Under the pieces are notes generated by a model. It did no database searches. It was given only the letters and a program-made list of their open reading frames with translations, and had not been told where the DNA came from. The position numbers were made by a program, and so were the translations under genes. This document shows positions 59,584 to 64,000 of a DNA stretch of 64,000 nt, one piece after another (position 1 is the stretch's first letter; each line of letters begins with the position of its first letter). The DNA comes from a virus, in the IMG/VR virus record IMGVR_UViG_3300017917_001946, positions 4,468-68,467 of that record, one strand, 5' to 3'.

Positions 59584-62500
59584 GTGTCATTCACACATTT
59601 GCATGTTCACTCATACTATTCATTAATGGATGGCCTTAATTCTCCTGCCGAACTTGCAAAAGCAGCAAAGGATGCTGGACAAACAGCATTAGCAATAACA
59701 GATCATGGAACCTTAGCATCACATCGTGAAATGCAATTAGCCTGTAAAGAAATAGGAATAAAACCTATTTTAGGAGTAGAGGCTTACATTTCTCCAACAG
59801 ACAGATTTGACCGTTCATCAAAAACAGATAAAAGTATTCAGGCATACAACCATATAATTCTGCTTGCTAAAAATAAAAAAGGTTTAGAAAATATTAATAC
59901 GCTACAAGAATTAGCATGGAACGAAGGTTTTTATCACAAGCCACGTATTGATAGAGAAGTTTTAAAAGAACATGCTGAAGGCATTATTGTTCTTTCTGGA
60001 TGCCTAAATGGGCTTATATCTAAGTGTATAGAGAAAAATGAGTTCTCTGAAGCTAAACTTATTCTCAAAGACTTTAAGAAAACTTTTGGTGATGATTTTT
60101 ATATTGAGGTTCAGTCTCACAATCCAAAAGAGATTAACGAAGGGCTTCTGAGCTTAGCAGACGAACTTAAAATTAAGGCGGTGGCAACAGGTGATGCCCA
60201 TTTTGCAAAGGAAGAAGATCGTATATTAGAAGAGGCTATGCTCATTCTATCAACATCTCCAAAGTCAGATAAAGATTCAGATTTTGATATGTCTCGTAAT
60301 ATGAACAATATGTTAGATAGATTTAATTACTTATATCCAGACAGAAAAATATCATTTCAAGACTACAATCTATTTATTCAATCTCGTGATGAGATACAGG
60401 CAGACTTTAATAAAACTAATATAGTTAGAACAGATATATATGATAATACAATGGAGATAGCCAATAAAATTGAGGAGTATGACTTTTACCAGGGTCTAGA
60501 CCTTCTCCCAGTTCCTAAGACCAATGCTGACGATAAACTGTCTCAGATGGCCTTTGAAGGCCTAAAAAGGCTAAACCTATCAGAAGATAAGGTGTATGTA
60601 GACAGACTTAATGAGGAATTATCTGTCATCAAGGATAAGGCATTTGCGTCCTATTTCTTGGTTGTGGCCGACATGATTAATTGGGCAAAGGATAATAATA
60701 TTAAGGTTGGTCCAGGTCGTGGATCAGCAGCAGGATCTTTAGTTTGTTATTCATTGGGTATTACAGACGTAGACCCAATTAAATACGACTTGTTGTTTTT
60801 TAGATTTATTAATCCAGAAAGAAACGATTTTCCAGATATTGATACAGACTTTGAAGATCGCAGACGTAAGGAAGTAAAAGAATATTTAAAAAAGAAATTT
60901 AAACACGTTGCATCAATTTCTACATACACATACTTTAAAGATAAAGGTGTAATTAGAGATGCAGCTCGTGTATTTATGGTACCGCTTCAGGACGTTAACC
61001 GTGCCTTAAAGTCAGTAGACACATTTGAGGATTATATTGATTCTCCAAACACAAAAGAATTTAGAATTAAATATCCAGAAGTTACCTGGCTTGCAGAAAG
61101 ACTAAGAGGGAAGATTCGCAGTGTTGGAGTTCATGCTGCTGGTGTTGTTGTTGCTAAAGATGACATTAGAAAGTTTGCACCTATAGAGTCTAGAGAAGAT
61201 GCACAAGATAAAGTTTCTGGAAGAATACCAGTTGTTGCATATGATATGGACACAGTTGCAGACATTGGTTTGATTAAACTAGATGCTTTGGGACTTAAAA
61301 CATTATCTGTTATTTCAGACACCTTACAATCAATTAAAGATCGTTCTGGAAAAGAGATTAATCTTTCAAGTCTATCTCTTGATGATCCAGAAGTTTATAA
61401 AATCTTAAGCGAAGGATACACTAAAGGAGTATTTCAAGCTGAAGCAACACCATATACTAACTTATTAATGAAAATGGGTGTTGATAAGTTTGAAGATCTA
61501 GTTGCATCGAATGCTCTTGTTAGACCAGGAGCAATGAATACAGTTGGTGCTGCATATATTAATAGAAAAAATGGTAAAGAGGCTGTAGATTATACTCATA
61601 CAATTATGAAACCTTTTACTGAAAATACATACGGAGTTATTATATATCAAGAACAGGTTATGCAAGCATGCGTACACCTTGGAGGAATGTCTTGGTCTGA
61701 AGCTGACAAGGTTCGCAAGATTATTGGAAAGAAGAAGGATGCAAAAGAATTTGACCAGTTCAAGGATAGATTTATTGATGGGGCTTCAAAAAACATTTCT
61801 AAGAAAAAGGCTGAAGCCCTTTGGCATGATTTTGAAGCTCACGCAGGTTATTCTTTCAACCGTTCTCATGCTGTTGCTTATTCTATGCTTTCTTATTATA
61901 CTGCTTGGCTTAAGAAGTATTACCCTCTTGAATTCATGTTTTCAATTCTTAAAAACGAAAATGATAAAGATGCTAGAACGGAATACTTAATTGAAGCAAA
62001 GCGTCTGGGTCTAAAGGTTTTATTACCACACATTAATGAATCGTCATTATATTTTTCTCTACAGGGAGATGCTATAAGATTTGGACTAGCAGAAGTAAAA
62101 TTTATATCAGATAGTATTGCTAATAAAATTATAGAAAAAAGACCTTATGAAAATTATGCTGACTTTATACAAAAAGCATCTGCTAAAGGTAGCGGTATTA
62201 ATAGTAGAGCCGTATCTGCTTTAAACGCTATTGGCGGAGCTGCGTTTGAGGATAATCCTAGAAGCGGAAAAGAAAAAGATAGTTACTATGAGTTCTTGGG
62301 TATACCTACATTTAACTTAGATTTGCCACCAAGAATCAAAGCTCAGGCTAGACCAATTCAAGAATTTGATGACCTTGGATCATTTGTAATGTTTGGAATG
62401 GTTAAATCAATTAAACGTGGAAATGGTTGGGCAAGAGTAGAATTGGTAGATGAAACTGGTTCAATTGGTTTATTTCATCATGAGCAAACACAGATTGAAA

Positions 62501-62850
62501 CAAACCAGATGTATTTTATTCTTGTAGGAGATAACCGAATAGCAAGATATATTAATGTTAAAGATATAGACCCAAATGGATCAGATATATTTGTCGACTA
62601 TTTATATCGTAAAGAATATGATATGGCTGATGATGAGTATATGGTGCTTAATTTTACGCCTTATAAAACTAAGGCTGGAAAGACTATGGCTCACATTGTC
62701 ATGACAAATAAAAATAAGGAATTAACTAGAGCAATTGTTTTTTCAACTATGTATGCCAGAGCTGTTGGTAAAATGCGTGAAGGTATGAAATGTAATGTAG
62801 TTCTATCTAAATTAGATGATGGAACATTAATGATCAAGGAAATAAAATGA
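59584..62850 (+). CDS. dnaE: DNA polymerase III alpha subunit (family C)
   Basis: HLHVHS PHP domain, GPGRGSAAGS, PDIDTDF, HAAG, KLDALGL, YQEQVM, YSFNRSHA. Confidence 0.95.
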   Translation: MSFTHLHVHSYYSLMDGLNSPAELAKAAKDAGQTALAITDHGTLASHREMQLACKEIGIKPILGVEAYISPTDRFDRSSKTDKSIQAYNHIILLAKNKKGLENINTLQELAWNEGFYHKPRIDREVLKEHAEGIIVLSGCLNGLISKCIEKNEFSEAKLILKDFKKTFGDDFYIEVQSHNPKEINEGLLSLADELKIKAVATGDAHFAKEEDRILEEAMLILSTSPKSDKDSDFDMSRNMNNMLDRFNYLYPDRKISFQDYNLFIQSRDEIQADFNKTNIVRTDIYDNTMEIANKIEEYDFYQGLDLLPVPKTNADDKLSQMAFEGLKRLNLSEDKVYVDRLNEELSVIKDKAFASYFLVVADMINWAKDNNIKVGPGRGSAAGSLVCYSLGITDVDPIKYDLLFFRFINPERNDFPDIDTDFEDRRRKEVKEYLKKKFKHVASISTYTYFKDKGVIRDAARVFMVPLQDVNRALKSVDTFEDYIDSPNTKEFRIKYPEVTWLAERLRGKIRSVGVHAAGVVVAKDDIRKFAPIESREDAQDKVSGRIPVVAYDMDTVADIGLIKLDALGLKTLSVISDTLQSIKDRSGKEINLSSLSLDDPEVYKILSEGYTKGVFQAEATPYTNLLMKMGVDKFEDLVASNALVRPGAMNTVGAAYINRKNGKEAVDYTHTIMKPFTENTYGVIIYQEQVMQACVHLGGMSWSEADKVRKIIGKKKDAKEFDQFKDRFIDGASKNISKKKAEALWHDFEAHAGYSFNRSHAVAYSMLSYYTAWLKKYYPLEFMFSILKNENDKDARTEYLIEAKRLGLKVLLPHINESSLYFSLQGDAIRFGLAEVKFISDSIANKIIEKRPYENYADFIQKASAKGSGINSRAVSALNAIGGAAFEDNPRSGKEKDSYYEFLGIPTFNLDLPPRIKAQARPIQEFDDLGSFVMFGMVKSIKRGNGWARVELVDETGSIGLFHHEQTQIETNQMYFILVGDNRIARYINVKDIDPNGSDIFVDYLYRKEYDMADDEYMVLNFTPYKTKAGKTMAHIVMTNKNKELTRAIVFSTMYARAVGKMREGMKCNVVLSKLDDGTLMIKEIK

Positions 62851-63059
62851 CAAATGATATAGAAAAACTAGTAGCCTCTATTAGTTTAAATAAAGTTCTT
62901 ATTGCAATTTTAGAAGAGCATAAGCAACTTTCAGTTCCAACTCTTCGATTTTTAGAGTCAAAAGATACGGATAAAGAGTTAGTAATTGACTATGATGAGT
63001 CTGGGCCATCATTTACATTTAGTTTAAAAGAAAGAGAGCAAACAAATGACAGCGAATGA
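62847..63059 (+). CDS. Hypothetical protein
   Basis: ATGA-coupled ORF. Confidence 0.65.
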   Translation: MTNDIEKLVASISLNKVLIAILEEHKQLSVPTLRFLESKDTDKELVIDYDESGPSFTFSLKEREQTNDSE

Positions 63060-63399
63060 TGTAACGTTAGTTACTGATTATGGACTAGATGCTTTATCAG
63101 CAATGCTTCATGAAACTGCAAAAGAGAAGGGATTTTGGGATGGCGAATATAATCACGACAAGGTAGGAAATAAACTTGCCCTAGTTCATTCAGAAGTAAC
63201 AGAGGTTCTTGAGGCGATAAGAAAGTCTAAAGGTAGCGAATATATTGTAGAAGAAATGGCAGATGTAATTATTCGATTGCTAGATGTATATGCTGCCATG
63301 AGAAATGAAGAACAAATTTTACATAGTTTGGACGAAGTGTTAGAAAATAAAATAAATAAAAATAAAGAGCGCCCAAGACTTCACGGGAATTTATTTTAA
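63046..63399 (+). CDS. MazG-like NTP pyrophosphohydrolase
   Basis: KLALVHSEVTEVLEA..EEMADV.IRLLD (ExxE..ExxD). Confidence 0.8.
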   Translation: MTANDVTLVTDYGLDALSAMLHETAKEKGFWDGEYNHDKVGNKLALVHSEVTEVLEAIRKSKGSEYIVEEMADVIIRLLDVYAAMRNEEQILHSLDEVLENKINKNKERPRLHGNLF

Positions 63400-63433
63400 T
63401 GGTATACTGTAGATATAATAGAAAGAGTAATTA

Positions 63434-64000
63434 ATGACAATCGTATTAGATGATATATTAGCAAAACTAGATCCTAAAACAAGAGCAAGAGTTCAGTCAG
63501 CACAAGATATAAAAGTTGATAAGCAAGAAACCCCAAGTATTGGTTTAAATACAGCTCTCAAAGGTGGATTGCCATATGGAAGACAAGTTCTTGTATGGGG
63601 CAATAAGTCTGCTGGTAAATCATCTTTTTGTTTACAAATGATTGCCCTGGCACAAAAAGAAGGAAAGACCTGTGCTTGGATTGATGCTGAAGCATCTTAT
63701 GATCCAGCGTGGGCCGAACAGTTAGGAGTAGATTCAGAAAAATTAATTTATTCTCCAGCTAAAACAGTAAATGATATGGTTGATGTTGGAACAAAACTTA
63801 TGGATGCTGGAGTTGATTTAATTGTAGTTGATTCTATTTCTGCATTACTACCAGCCATCTATTTTGAAAAAGATGGAAATGAAATGAAGGATTTGCAAGA
63901 TACTAAGCAAATCGGCGCTGAAGCAAAGGATATGACCCACGCAGTCAAGATGTTAAACTATGCAAACAAAAACACATTACTTGTTCTCATCTCACAACAA
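63434..64000 (+). CDS. recA: RecA-family recombinase, N-terminal part (runs off window; absent from ORF track)
   Basis: TPSIGLNTALKGGLPYGR, Walker A GNKSAGKS, WIDAE, IVVDSI; TGGTATACT promoter at 63400-63408. Confidence 0.9.
   Translation, partial: MTIVLDDILAKLDPKTRARVQSAQDIKVDKQETPSIGLNTALKGGLPYGRQVLVWGNKSAGKSSFCLQMIALAQKEGKTCAWIDAEASYDPAWAEQLGVDSEKLIYSPAKTVNDMVDVGTKLMDAGVDLIVVDSISALLPAIYFEKDGNEMKDLQDTKQIGAEAKDMTHAVKMLNYANKNTLLVLISQQ

Noticed and set aside
422-62850. Inteins or introns in nrdJ, dnaB or dnaE
   Set aside because: Lengths are normal, frames are continuous, and no splice-junction or homing-endonuclease motifs were seen
1-64000. Stop-codon reassignment
   Set aside because: Standard code 11 gives full-length core genes and dense coding; TAA, TAG and TGA all end genes

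Overview
A 64-kb, AT-rich segment of a large tailed-phage genome, almost entirely on the + strand (one credible minus-strand gene). It most likely infects an Actinobacterium. This is inferred from gene order and content resembling large Streptomyces-type siphoviruses and freshwater actinophages, many extended -10 promoters, and several apparently leaderless genes; no database search was run. Layout: end of a glycosyltransferase, class II ribonucleotide reductase and a holin-like gene (1-2.7 kb); a ~26-kb island of fibre, adhesin and decoration genes with a second glycosyltransferase (2.7-29.2 kb); head genes (portal, protease with nested scaffold, major capsid); siphovirus tail genes (tube, frameshifted chaperone, 2165-aa tape measure, tip proteins, S74-chaperone fibre); and a replication module (metallophosphoesterase, DnaB, primase, SSB, DnaE, MazG-like, start of RecA). 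The strongest candidate for an undescribed system is the island. It is built from repeated cassettes of stalk gene ending in a short hydrophobic tail, then a ~110-aa adaptor, then one or more tip proteins, then small chaperones. It includes four translationally coupled paralogues whose strongest variation, including length, is in one central loop, and a small domain that inserts into other domains and into itself. No terminase, endolysin, integrase, tRNA or CRISPR array was seen.
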